Part shown: one piece after another, positions 24,934-38,451 of the stretch
Layout: each line of letters begins with the position of its first letter
Position numbering within the stretch: position 1 is the stretch's first letter
Origin: Lingula anatina
Lineage: Eukaryota > Animalia > Brachiopoda
Assembly (NCBI GenBank): GCA_051362555.1
Contig: CM120649.1
Coordinates: 7,068,001-7,132,000 of the forward strand
Reading direction: 5' to 3'
DNA length: 64,000 nt
The notes under the pieces: generated by a model
The model's database searches: none
Seen by the model: the letters and a program-made list of their open reading frames with translations, nothing else
What the model was told of the DNA's origin: nothing
Made by a program: the position numbers and the translations under genes

Positions 24934-27900
24934 TCATACAATATCTGTTTTGTTCCCATTGCCCCGAGTGCCCTCAACTTTGTTCTCTTCTTCCTTTGGT
25001 TTTTCCGTAGAAAACACAACTTCGGTGTCTGTACCACCATTAGCACCATCTATATGTACTTCCACATCTTTCCTCTCCTTTTCCTCCTCCTCATCCTCAT
25101 AAGCCAAGTTCACAGCTTCAGCCTCCAATGGTCCTGTTAGGTCATCCTCACGAGATTGTCCTGCCACACGATTGCCACCAGATGGAGCTACCTCCCCAGA
25201 TGACCCTGTCACATGACTGCCACCAGATGGAGCTGCATTTTTAGGGGGGTGACTGGCATGCACCAATGGAGTGAATGGGATCTCATCGCCCTCAGATTCA
25301 CTGCTAGTTTCCGGAGACTGGCTACTGCTGGGTGTGTCACTTATGAGAGTGACTTCAGCCCTCATGGAGGCAGGCAAACCTGAGGAAAATTTCACAGCCA
25401 TCACATATCAGGGAACGTGTGTTGATTACAAAAACATTCTTACATACATGATGCAGAATACTGTAACAAAATACTACAATAAACATGAGAACAAAAAAGT
25501 TAAATGTACTTTTACTGCCGACAGTCAAATGTACAAGCTCCAGCGAATCCAGGTATGCATTACCTACCGGTACACTTTAACCACCAGCTCCATGCCAAAT
25601 GCCAGCAAAGTTTGTTAAAAATTTGCAGTTAATGCCCACTGCTTCTGCTTTGGGCCTGTAGCTTCTTAGACTCCAATCTCCTGAAGTGCCAGTAGACTAA
25701 ATAATTTTTGGTAAAGACACTATTATGTGTATGCTTACCAGAGTGTTCAAAGGTGGATCCTCCCCTCCCACCAGTGGCAGTGGATAGTAATGGGGTTGAC
25801 TCGGAGACGGTGTTACTCCCCTCCTCCTCATCGCTGCTGGACTCGCTGCTGTCTGCGCTGCGTCTTCTCCTCCTCTCCTTGGGGAACACCTTGGCTTTGC
25901 AGACTGGGCAGACCCTCTTGTTCTTGGTCAGCCAGGGATCCACACACTGCTGGTGGTAGGCTGAAAGTAGAGTTTAAAAATGTCAAAATTTATTGAAAAA
26001 AATATATGGTGTATATGAAAAGAGGGGGCGTCTCGATAGTCCGAAGGTTCATTGGTCCGAAAAGTGGTAACATTTTCATCGATTTTTTAATCAAGGGTTC
26101 ATTGGTCCAAAGGTTCTATAGTGAATATTCGTACCAATGAACCTTCGGACTATTGAACCTTCGGACTATTGCTACGGCCCCTGAAAAGATATGGAGTACT
26201 AAAATAACATGGGTATCCCATTAGCCTGTGTCAGGATTTTTTTTTTAAATCTGAGAAGCATAGAAAAAGTTTCATACGTATGTTCTGTTATCATGCTGAA
26301 AAAGCAAAGACTCAGCTACAACAGTCCAGTAGGTGAGACAGTGTGCTGTATGTGTATACAGTTATGTATAATGACAACTGAGGACGCCCACAAAGTTTTA
26401 GTTTAAACATTGTGCTAGGTGTGACAGTGTATTAGGCATGACACTGTGTTAAGTAAGGCAGTGTTTTAGGTGTGACAGTGTCATTGAATTCTAGTGTATA
26501 AAATGTCACATCTTATATAATCTTGTAATCAAATGAGCCAGTTAGCACTAGGTGCTAGAATATCTTACCATGCTGACAAGGTAATAATCTCAGCTTCTCT
26601 CCATCCTCATAATCATCAAGGCAGATGGCACAGGTGTCATAATGACTCTCACCTGTAATAATCATCACAGAATATATATCTAATGGCAATATTTTTAGAA
26701 TCCAAACGTGACTTTTTTCAAAAACCACTGACCAACCCGCTGACTTTTAGTGACCACATTTGGCAATCACAGGCCCGTAGCCAGGGAAGGGGGGGGGGGG
26801 GGGGGGGGAGCGGTGGGTGAGTTAGAAAGAACCACCCTCTTTGTCAGGAAAAGGCCCATTCTCGGTAAAATTTGATCTAGCTACACATAGGTTTCATTGT
26901 AAAAGGTCCACTTTTTCAGAAAAAGAACCCCCCTTTTGAATTTGCTGGCTAGGGGCCTGAATCAAGTGGACGCTACGATGTCCAGGGTAAGGGCCCTTGT
27001 TACATGAAGTCATGAACTTAAGAGTACTCAGGGATGAGACCGCCATTTACTGAAAAAATTGAAAAATATGCGGTGGGGTTCAGGGGGCTGCCAAGGCCAA
27101 TGATTTTTTTTTACTTCCCAAAAAGTCAGAAATCCACCAAAAGTCGGAAAAATCTCATCCCTGAGTAGTGGTCTACTTTGCTAGGTTCTAACACATAATC
27201 ATGGTATGGGGGCTATTATTCCTTTAACAAGTTTGCTTTCTGCTTTTTAATTCAAAGATTGATGTTACAGTAGTATTCACCATGCTATAGGAATGATATT
27301 TTACAACACCCGAAACAGATCTGCTCTTGCATACCTTTCTTAAACTTCTCAACAGGCAGTTTCTTTAAATTGGCCTTTGACAAGCGATTCTTTCTCTTCT
27401 TCCTCATGTCATTGATCCATCTTCCCAGCTGAAAGAAAAACATAAACCCAAATCATGTCAATCTGTTATGAAACAACAGGAGGCCTTCTCATGCCACTTA
27501 ATGGGTAAGAAACATGAAACATAACAATAGTGTGGTATTCACAAGTCATCTCCTTATTCAAACAATTGGATTTAAGTTGAGAGTTCCACATAAAATAAGA
27601 TACCTTAAATAGAGCCTGGATGTATAATTTATAGTTCCACTGGACATATGGGCATAAATTGGAATGCTGTTGCTAAATTGAACTCTAGACACAAGAATAG
27701 AATAAATATACCATGAAGACAACCAGGAGTATAAAAAGCACACACCATGAACACAATCATGAGTATAAAACACACCAATACCATGAATGCAACCATGAGT
27801 GCATGAAGCACTTACCATGAACACAACCATGAGTCTATAACGCACTTATCATGAACACAACCATAAATATATAAAGCACATACCAATACAACAACCATGA

Positions 27901-30646
27901 GAATATAACACTCTAACCAAGAACGCAACTATGAATATAAAACACACTTACCATGAAGACAACCATGACTATAAAACACTTACCAAGAATACAACCATGA
28001 ATATATAACACTCTCACCATGAGCACAACCAGGAGTATAAAACACACTTACCATGAACACAACCATGAGTATAAAACACACTTACCATGAGAACAACCAT
28101 GAGTATAAAACACACTTACCATGAGAACAACCATGAGTATAAAACACACTTACCATGAACACAACCATGAGTATAAAACACACCCCTACAACTACAGCAA
28201 AAGGCACAAGATACAAGTTGGGGTTAAACTCTGAATCTCTAGGGTCCAACATAATGGAATACCTGAAACAAATAATTTGTCATCTAAACTTGGTTATTTG
28301 ATAACATTTTTTGCAAAACATTTACTCTTATGGCAACTTACTTGCTTTTTTCTCTAAATGTAATGATAAGTGAACATCTATTAGGAAAATGGGCTTGTGT
28401 GATATTTTTGCGATTTTCTAACTAGAAAATTCTGAGTTCAGTATTTCAAATTTAAGTGATGCAAATCAAGTATATACATATTCTTATCATTCTTTTGAAA
28501 CGGCCATGTTTGAAATAATGTTATTATCTCAAGTTTCAACTGTATGTGTTTTCACTAGTACTTACTTGTGAGTGGGAGAAGCATAATAGCTGTATAATGT
28601 ATTGAGCTGGGTCCCGTCACTCTCAGACACAAACACAGATGGGATAATGATTTTGTCACCTGAAATATATTGACGTGACAGTTCAAAGGCAGCAGTTCAG
28701 AGGCTATTTGTTGTAATAAACATACCTTACCACCATTCTTAAAAGATATCCAGTTTGAGCTTAAAACCCAAATGTAGGTATAAATCCCATCTTGTACTTT
28801 GCTCTAATACACAAACTTTATAAAAAATTCTTGTTCTGGTTTGAATCTAAAAATAAAATATGATTCAACTTTTAACTTCAAATTATACAAGTATGCAATA
28901 TGGTCGATTTTAAGTCTCAAGTTATAATATCCCTAAAAATATATATTTAATTAATATCTCCTGCATATTCATCACTTAGTGCCAGATTGACCTCAAACTT
29001 ACCAAAGCCATCATCCCCCATTGGAATCAAGGCATCAGAACCCACATTGTGAACAATTGCAGCAGAGAAACCAGCCTTCTGCGCATTAAGAACCTACAAG
29101 TACAGTTGCATCAGTGAGTTAATGGCTGTAATAGTGAGTTAGCTGGTTGTATAAGTGAGTTTTACTGGTTGTTTTAATGATTGAGCTGGTTGTATCAGTA
29201 AGTTGGCTGTACTAGTAACTGGTTGTATGAGCAATTTAGCATAAAAGATGTGTTTAAAGAGAATCAAACATAGAATCTTTTTAAACCTCCTGTGTAATAT
29301 AAATCATAGCATTAACCATTGATAAACAGCAGCGTTACTCTATCATAAGCATGATGACCACTGTAAGATGGGCAATACACAATCAATGACTTCTGCTTAC
29401 ATTTATGTCATTGTCTTTTTTTTTTACTTTTTATTCCTTTTTTTTCTTTACTTGGAGAAAACCACTTAGCTTTTATCCAATGTAATAGCTAGGACACTGT
29501 AACAGCTTCAGTGACCAAACTTGAAAAAGTTTGGCCACATTCAACTGGCACCAATACCATGTCTCATATAAAACCCCTTTCAATAACATACTTCACCTTA
29601 GTAACGAAGGAGCAGGCTTCATTTCCATAGCTTCTCTCAATCAGTGCTATCCACTTAGATACATTGGTAGTTTGGAAAGGAGGAGGATCCACTGGGGCAC
29701 AGGCATTATGGGGCTGTGTATATATCAAATATCCCTAAAAAATGAAGTCATCATAATAATAATAATAATATTAATAATAATAATCCACTGGGGCACAGGC
29801 ATTATGGGGTTGTGTATATACATCAAATATTCCTAAAAATGAAGTCATAACATAATTTTATAATAATAATAATAATAATGATATTGATAATAATGTATAT
29901 TATTTACAAAGACCATAACAATCTACACTTTTTAGATTTTCATAGACAAAATAAATTTAGAACAGAAATACACTAACTATACTGGACTAGTATTGAAATC
30001 GCAAAATTACCAAAGCCCAGTTTCAAAAATTAACTTATTGGTAACTTAACTTAGTTTTTAACTTAAAGATGAACATAATTTGTCTCTACTCACCCAGATG
30101 CCCCTGTTAGAAATACCTGGTCCAAAGTGAGGTTGAATGTCATAGTATTCCTCCACTGTTTTATTGAGGTGGTCAAGCTAGAGGAAAAACAGGCAGGTTA
30201 AACACAGGTGTCATATGAGGTTAAATTTTAAATAAAAAAATTTTACGTGTACATTAGTAATTTTGGTATTTAATTCTTAAACCTAATCTTCACATGTACT
30301 TCTTTTCAAAGTCTAAAACTAATATATATTTAATATAAGCTAAATAAAGCAACTATTGTCATTTTATTAGTATCATTAAAGACTTTCTTTATGCTGAACC
30401 TGTTGATCCTTTTTAATATCAAAATCTTGAAATTCACACTTCATAGAATTATTTGAAATCCTAATCTGCATGTTGTTGGCTGTTTTCTTTACATTACATT
30501 ATTGTCTACAAAAATAAGAAAAAAATTACAAAATTCTTACTATTTCAACTTACCACATGTACGTTGGCCTCTACATATATGCTCTGACACAAGGACACCA
30601 AGTTGAGAATACCATACAAGTAAATCATGCTGGGATGCTTCCCCAT
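24934..30646 (-). CDS. RNF13: PA-TM-RING E3 ubiquitin ligase, RNF13/RNF167-like, 484 aa
   Basis: Exons 30646-30554, 30177-30094, 29734-29597, 29093-29003, 28659-28566, 28262-28154, 27428-27335, 26652-26569, 25960-25739, 25379-24934 (1455 nt). Signal peptide, PA domain ([18 protein letters not shown]), TM helix, RING-H2 [28 protein letters not shown], and dileucine motif ESTPLL. A probable non-coding first exon ends at the donor near 32270. Confidence 0.93.
26024..26181. mobile_element. Foldback-type MITE with CCGAAGGTTCA repeats, 8-bp TSD
   Basis: Imperfect ~28-bp TIRs starting GGGG; TGAAAAGA on both flanks (26016-26023, 26182-26189). Confidence 0.8.
26770..26959. mobile_element. MITE, TIR CAGGCCC(G/C)TAGCCAG, 5-bp TSD
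   Basis: CAGGCCCGTAGCCAG ... CTGGCTAGGGGCCTG flanked by AATCA on both sides. Confidence 0.8.
27029..27163. mobile_element. Short MITE, TIR CAGGGATGAGA
   Basis: CAGGGATGAGA ... TCTCATCCCTG; flanks AGTACT/AGTAGT form an imperfect TSD. Confidence 0.65.
27700..28183 (-). repeat. 34-bp minisatellite made of the RNF13 TM-exon end plus its 5' splice site, ~14 copies
   Basis: Unit GTGTGTTTTATACTCATGGTTGTGTTCATG|GTAA. The first unit is coding ([10 protein letters not shown]), and copies decay with distance from the exon. Confidence 0.92.
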
Positions 30647-32269
30647 AGTTCTGATCCTCAACACCTGGGTAGTCAAGTAAATTGTAGTACAATGCGGGGT
30701 TTTACTAGTACTAAATTTTGTTTTTAAAGGACATCGTCAATTTTGGATGCTAGAATAAGATGTTAATTTTATTTTCTTCATTTCTTTTTTCAAACTTGTC
30801 ACATAATTGCTAAACATTTTTTGGCTACAATGGAATGCAAAGATTCACTGGTTTCAGATATAAAGAAACCTTAAACCTTACCATATATTTTCCCTTAAAA
30901 CAACTATTATAAAACCCCTAATACCTACTAGTACTGACTTCAAACAAACTTCCAGTCCTACATAATAACCCTATTTGAAGGAAGATAAGAGATCTTTAAG
31001 CTGACCCTGAATATTGTGGTTTTGCAACACTAATAGTGCATGGCAATAATAAATTTAAACCTCAGCTTCAGGTCAGATCTAATTGGGACACACAAAAACA
31101 TGTTTTAAAAATTATTTTAAGATATCCTTTATATCAGTATTACTAGATAGATTTACTTGTGCCTATAATTTGTTCTGTGTGCCACTTGTAAGGGCACTCC
31201 AGTGTCACCTTATCTACTGTTGTTATCAATATGTATATTGAAGTTGTGGTTAATATACATAGGTCATGAATATCATGCATGATTTCAGTTTATGTAACAA
31301 TAAAAAATGGACACTATTGTGCCTCTTGATAATGATTTAATGATTGAAATTAAAGGGGCAATGTTGATTTATAACTCCTACATAAATTAAAAAAGGGGCA
31401 TCTTTGATTATTATTTCCATTTTAATGAAAAAGAGACAGTTAAAATGTATGCACTAATAGGAATGGAAAAGAGTAATTTTTTTTTCATTGACAGACATGG
31501 TTTTTTCACCATTTTGATTTAGTACAAAACCTGTATTGTTCGTCATAACACAATTTATTAGTAAAATATAGTCTGATTCAAAAAAGTTAAAGTAAGTATC
31601 TTTTTGCAAGGGAAATAACAGGTAAAACCTTCAAGGCTTAAAGTGAATTGTTCTGATTTTCAACAGCATGTTTTTCAATTTTAGACATAATTATCAAAAC
31701 CAGGATGTAAAATTTCAAAATATCATTTTGGCAACTTTTTAAATTCTTGTTCATGTCATATTGTCTTTTCCAAAATAAAACCTTCTTGTGACTATCATAT
31801 TTGTAAAGTCATTATGCAATTTTGAAAATTTAATCACTCGTGAAAGAGGTTTGGGAGTATGTTTAAAGAAATGAGCAAAAACTACATTACTGGGCAGATA
31901 AAATCATTTCTAGGTCATATTTAGTTTTACTTTTACTTCAGAACTTGCTTCATTGTGCGAGGCGATAGAAAATACAACTGTTTCATTCTCGGTTTTAATT
32001 TATCAAATTATTATAATTATTGTTATTACTTTATATTTTGTTTCTTGAAAACTGCCTCTACATCAAGTTGCAAATATACACCCAAAATTATTTAAACACA
32101 ATAACAATTCCCTTCTTGCACTAGCGTAAACAAAACTAAGAAAGTCAAAACGCGAAACAGCTGCCCCCCCCCCCACATCGAATATCAATTGTGTACTTTG
32201 ATTTACGCTTTTTGTTACGATCGAGGAGAAAATAAAATAAATACATAGCTTTTACTTGTTACAACTTAC

Positions 32270-32851
32270 CTTTCTACTTCAAAAATGCGAAATCACCTGT
32301 ATTTACTTTATTTTTCTATACTCATATCAGTGTATTCCGTCTTCTTTTCCAAAGTTCACAACTAACGTGAAATCTCACTGTAGATGGCGCTACTTTTTTA
32401 ACAAAACTTTTATTATATTACAAACCAAATGACAGGTATATGCATAACAACTACAACTTCACACTAGTTGAATTTCTTTTACACCCGTATCTTGGCTATT
32501 TGTCACAGCTGCCTTACATTTTTCATTGAACTCATCTAGCACGGAGTATCTTGAAAATCACACACCTCTGTCCACATGCGTTAGAAAATAGTACTGAATA
32601 TTTACCACTTATGTAGGCTTCTTTAAGATATGATTAATTTGAATAAAATATTGTTGCTTTAAGCATAATCTCCGATAATCAAAATACAATTCACTTGGGA
32701 TTCTATTTTGTTTTAAATGTATATATTCCCAATTAAATACATAACGTGTTACTACGCCCCTTTTTCTTCATTAACACATGCTGCCATCTATCCTAAATTT
32801 TGAGCCTAGCGCCTCTAGCTTTCATCCGGGCACTTGATCACTGCTAAGAAA
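32270..32851. promoter_or_regulatory. Probable bidirectional promoter, RNF13 (-) / ATP1B (+)
   Basis: Head-to-head arrangement; minus-strand donor AG|GTAAGT at 32270 and ATP1B ATG at 32852 are under 600 bp apart. Confidence 0.5.
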
Positions 32852-35800
32852 ATGGCGTCCACAGAGGTGACTTACGTTCCACCGCCTTCCAAAAAGACTG
32901 GGCCGGCCAAGAAAATCGAATCTTTGAGAAAATTTTTGTGGAATCCAGCCCGCAAAGAGTTCTTGGGACGTGATGGATGGAGTTGGGGTAAGATGGCACT
33001 ATCAGATTATGCAGAAAATTAACTTGAAGTTTATCAGAATGGCAGTTGCAAGCGAACATTTGCATCTCAGTTGAAAATGTGCGATTGCGAAATCGCGACC
33101 ATATCGCCACTCCTGCAACACTGGTACTCATCATGTTGCACAGTTTTGAATTTTGGGCAGTATGGAAATAGAATTTATAATATAATTGCATTATGATCGC
33201 GGCTATGGGCTGCATGAAGTGCATTTTTCTTTAAAACATTATAATGCATTATAACTTATGATAGAATGGAAGGAGGCAGGTCATTAATTTAAAGTCGGAC
33301 CTGCATGCCTTTTAAATCGTATGCATAAAAAAAGGTGTTTCTCATCATCCTGCATGGAATGCAATCACATCTGAAGAAAAATAACGAAAAGTTGCTGAAG
33401 TATGTTAAACTTAATACAACTAAATTTGCAACGAATTAAAGAAACACTTGAAAATCCCAGGAAGCAGGAGACAAGCTGCAAATGCCCCAGTTTATATACA
33501 AAAAAACTTTTTTTTTGTGTAACTCATTAATTTTTTCAATCATTTCTTTTTAACTACCATTTTGTAGTATAATGTGGTTTTCCCAAATCATAATGTCAAA
33601 ATTTCTGTCCCCTCCCCCAAATAAATGAATAATAATAAATAAAGATAATACCAAAAAAATTAACTGTTAGAAAACTGTTAAAAGTCATCCCATAAATTGA
33701 CAAATGTAAGGTGAAATAGTTGACTGACAGACAAAGTTGACACAAAATACAACCTTCTTGTCATGTTTGCAGGTCGCATTGGTTTGTTCTATTTGATCTT
33801 CTACTCTGGACTGGCTGGTTTCTTTGCCATCAACCTGTCAGTGTTCATCTACACCTTGGACAAGGACACACCCAGGCTTTCTGGAGATTCTAGTATAACA
33901 ACCAACTTTCCTGGTAAGTAATCTGGATAAAATGACTGCTAATGACTCATTGTATAAAGCTTAGAAATTGAGTTTTTATTATTATTATTTTTTAAAATAA
34001 ATATTATTAGTATGTTGAAGCCATTGTGAACTCACCTTGGTGACTTTTTTTTTTGGAGGGGGGGGTGGGGTGAAATTACAAATCAAAAGTTAATGTGATT
34101 TGACAAGTACTGTGATGTTGATTTACTTGTGATGCAGAAAAAAGTGTATACTTATGTGATGTTGCATACAGAGAGTACACAATATTTCACTATTTATGTC
34201 AAATGACATCTTAAGTTAGATATTTGATAAGTAATAAATGTGTGTTGAACTTGTCTCTGCAGCATCTGAAACTGTATTTGGAAAATAACTTTTAAAATTA
34301 TTTGGGAGATGAAAAAAATTGGTAAATAAAAAACAAAAGAAGAACTGGTGTGTTTCTAGGGACAACAGCATTTTAATCTACATATGCTGTTTAGGACAGA
34401 GCACTTGGATCAGTGTTTGTTGATGGTATGATTTTGTAGGGAAAGCGGAAGGCTGTGGCTCACAAAAGGGCAAAATTATTTTTAAAAAATCCATGTAAAC
34501 TTTCTAAATAACTGTTTTTACCTGCTCAATGAAATAAACAATTTTTGTCTTTGATATGACTGAGAGAGACTTAGATAGACTGTACCTTGGGAGGGAGTCG
34601 GGGATATTAAATTTTTTCAGGAAAATAGTTTTTTTGTCCTTAAAAAGGTGTTGTGCTCTATATAGAGAAACAAGTCATTTGTATATGAACATTTTCCATA
34701 TGCCTCTATGCTGAAAATCCATCATCATCCTGATGATGACAGATACTCTATAACCTTTCAAGAAACTTTGTGGAGGTTATATTATCAAACATCTGGTTGA
34801 TGTACATAATGAGACATAGATACATTTAAAAATCCATTACTTGATTTACTTTGTAAGCCAGTAGATTATTATTTTGTCATGTTCACAAACATGTTTTGAT
34901 GAACTGTGTAACTTAAGATACAGGTCAGGGATAAGTTTTGTATTACGTGTAATTTGGTGTTCTATGGAAATGGCTCCAGCAAGGAAAAACCTTGAAAATC
35001 CATCTATTGCTGCGCTAGAGTTCCTGTGATCAATAAATGTTCTCTTAATGTAAAGTTAATCTGTGTCTGTCACTTTTGCTGCCAGCCTTGCCTTGTAGGG
35101 TATACAGCAGAACGAACACAGTGAAAGGAAATCAATAGGGAGAATTTTTATGGAGTGGAGATTGGTTGAGCACAGCAGATAATACGTGCACTTAATCTAT
35201 TGCCAGAGGCGTGAACAAAGGGAAAATGTAGGAAGACAGCGGCTAAAAGATGACTCTTTCTTATATAAAATTTTCTTTATAGGGTACAAATGCCTTTTCA
35301 CACAGTATATGTGTGAGGTGGGGGTGGGGTTAAGTAAAAGAAAAAATTGATTGCTTTTCTCCTGCTGTCTGACCTTTAGAAGTGCGAGTTACAAGGGTGT
35401 TGCGAACAAAAATGATTACTTGACAACCTTGGGTCTGAGCCCATGCCAGTATATGAGATGCTTGGTAAAAACTGAAGCCTAGTGTTGAATAGCAATTAAA
35501 GGAAATGATTTTTTCCATTTGATTTCCTTTTTTTGCTTTAAAAGCAAGGTCAATTATGAAGTGACTTTTTCTTTTGGGGGGGGGGGGGGGGGTGCTAAAC
35601 AGTCTTAAGTGTTTATGGCCTTGTTTGGTTGCAAGCATTTATTACTGATATACCAGACTATCTGTCTACAACAAATACTTGATACAGAATTAGATGTAGA
35701 TAATCTCAGATTTAGGTGTTACTGATTTTATTCAGTGGTAGACTATGGGTGTATTCCCAGAGATTTAGATCGATCCAGAGATTAAGATTTAGATCGACCT

Positions 35801-38376
35801 AACTCGCTGGGGGTTAACGCTAAATTGCAGTCAGCTGAGCTTACCCCCCTTACAGCTTTTAGTAGGCGGGACAGACGCTTAAACCGGCTAAGCCGACAGT
35901 AATCTAGTGAAACTCCCCACAGGGGGTAGATCGATCTAAAATCTATGGAAATGGGGTCTATGAAATATAAAATGAAAGGAGAGAGAGCGGCCGGGAGAAT
36001 TAAGAGAAAGTTGAAAATACACAAAATGGTGAAGGAGGAATTCAACAATTAATTTGGTGTTCTACCTAGGAAATTTGCCAAAATAGGGAAAAACGCGTCA
36101 CTCTTTATCTCCTGAACATTCCACATTTCTAGATAAAGATATTCACTTATTGTGTTTCAGGTATTGGGTTCAGGCCAATTCCTGACATCCGGACCACGCT
36201 GATTCGTTTTGAGCAGGGCAAGCCTTCTACTTACAAGGCCTATGTGGACCATATCCAAGCAACTTTAAGAGGTGAGTAATTGTTTTTAGGTCAAATGGTT
36301 TTTTGAGGGTGGGGGCATATCCAGGCTTTGATATGAGTACTTAGTTTTGAACCTGGTATATCTAGGCTATGGTTTGAGTATATGTCTTAAAACCAAGGGA
36401 TGAGCAGGGCTAGACACTAACTTTTATGAGCACCTGTCCTTCGGACAGGTGCTCATAAATTTGACCTGTCCGATTTTCAATCCAACCTGTCCACAAAACC
36501 AATAATTTTTTTCTATTCATACGTTTGAACTTTGTCAATTTATATGTGTGGTCATACATTTAAATTAATGTATATATTACCAAAACATTCAATCATATGA
36601 GCCCCGAAAATGCACCTTAAAGTGAATCTATGTTCAGATTAAAATTTGTTTTTTCATACTTGTGAACTCCTGAAGATTTAATCTTGCATTTAAGTCTGAT
36701 AATTCACATCAGGGCTTCTCCTAGGATTTGGGGTACAGGGTCTACTAATTGTAAGTCTGCAATTTGATAACAGATTCACATGAAGTTTAACCAAAGCTAA
36801 AAAAAAACCCTGAGTGGGAAGTGGGGAGGGGGTACAGTACTGTTAAATTAATTTTATTAAAATATTCAAAATTTATAATATTTGAATAAATTTCAATGAA
36901 AATTAAAGAAATTTTATAATACTTTACTTATATTTATGTTAACAATTTAACTTTTTAAGGGGTTATCACGTGTTTGATTTTTTAAACATATATGAACTAA
37001 ATAAAATCAGTATAAAAAAGTTCCCCTTCTTTTTATTAAAATTCTCATATTTGTTATTACTCATTTCTTCCTTACATCAATATCACACTGGTATATGAGA
37101 GCAATGTTAATTTATCATATTCCAGCACTAAATTTTAAACTGTAAATAACAGAGGTGATGCTAGAGTCATTAAAAAAACATCATACATAATTTCAGGTAA
37201 TATTTTGGCAAATAAACAACATTTCAACAAGATCTTCAGTCCCAAAGATTTCACTTTCTATAGTGAGCAGATAGCATACAACGTGTTTGATTGACAGGCA
37301 GTTTGTTGCCGTGACAACGAACTAGATATAGCCAGTTCATCCAGTCCAATCTGGCTCCAGCACAGTACTTGTGTAGTTTCTGTTTTTGGAAGTGTCTTTA
37401 TTACTAAACCACGTAAATTTTTAACTAAATAAATGTTCAGTAGTGAACCTGATATGTGAATAAATTTTGTCTGCTGAAGTTCTGGAGGGTGTTCACTTTC
37501 ATAATTTGGCGGTAAGTTTGCTCAGACTTCGTTTTGCGACTGCATGTGTTTTGTGCCAAAAGTAGGTCACTCTTTTTCAATGTCGTCTAGGAAGAGGCAA
37601 AAAGACGTTAGTATGCAACAAAAAATGATTTTTAAAAGATTTTTGCTCCAAATTTCTCATAAAGCATGACCTGTCCGTCGGACAGCCAACCCTGCAACTT
37701 CACCTGTCCGAACTGAATTTTTACCTGTCCCGGACAGGCGGACAGGCGCTAATGTCGAGCCCTGATGAGGGATTTGGGGAGGGGGAGGGGGGGAAAGGAG
37801 ATGGGAAAGAAGACTGTAATATCCAGTTACAATAAAATTGTCTCATCTTTCAACAGATCGGAGAAAAAGATAATACCTGAGTATCCAAAAAATCCTCAAA
37901 TAATGCCACACTTTAGTTCATAGTAACCAAATCATGTGATCTTAATTTATTGTTAACAGCTTAAATTTTCAGATTTTTAAGATATGGAAATGTCATCAAG
38001 CACAATCGTAAAGTTAACATATAAAAATGTCTCTTAAATTCAGATTATGAAAACGATCGCCAGGAGAGCGAACAGTTTGACAGCTGCCAGTCCACACGTC
38101 CCCGCGACAAGATCTGCAAGTTCCTGGTGGATGACCTTGGTGAGGAGTGTACTTACAGAAAAGACTTTGGTTACGATTTAGGCAAGCCATGCATATTGCT
38201 CAAGATCAATAAGGTGAGAAAAGCATGATGTTTCTATTTATTGTTGTTTGAGGACAAGGTGAGCTCAGAGAGGTTGTGAGAAAGATGATAAAAAAAAGTA
38301 AATGTGTATGGGAAAGAAGTGTTAGTAAGATGACATCTTTGATATAGCTGTTCACAACTTTTACTAGTAACTGCTT

Positions 38377-38451
<75 letters not shown>

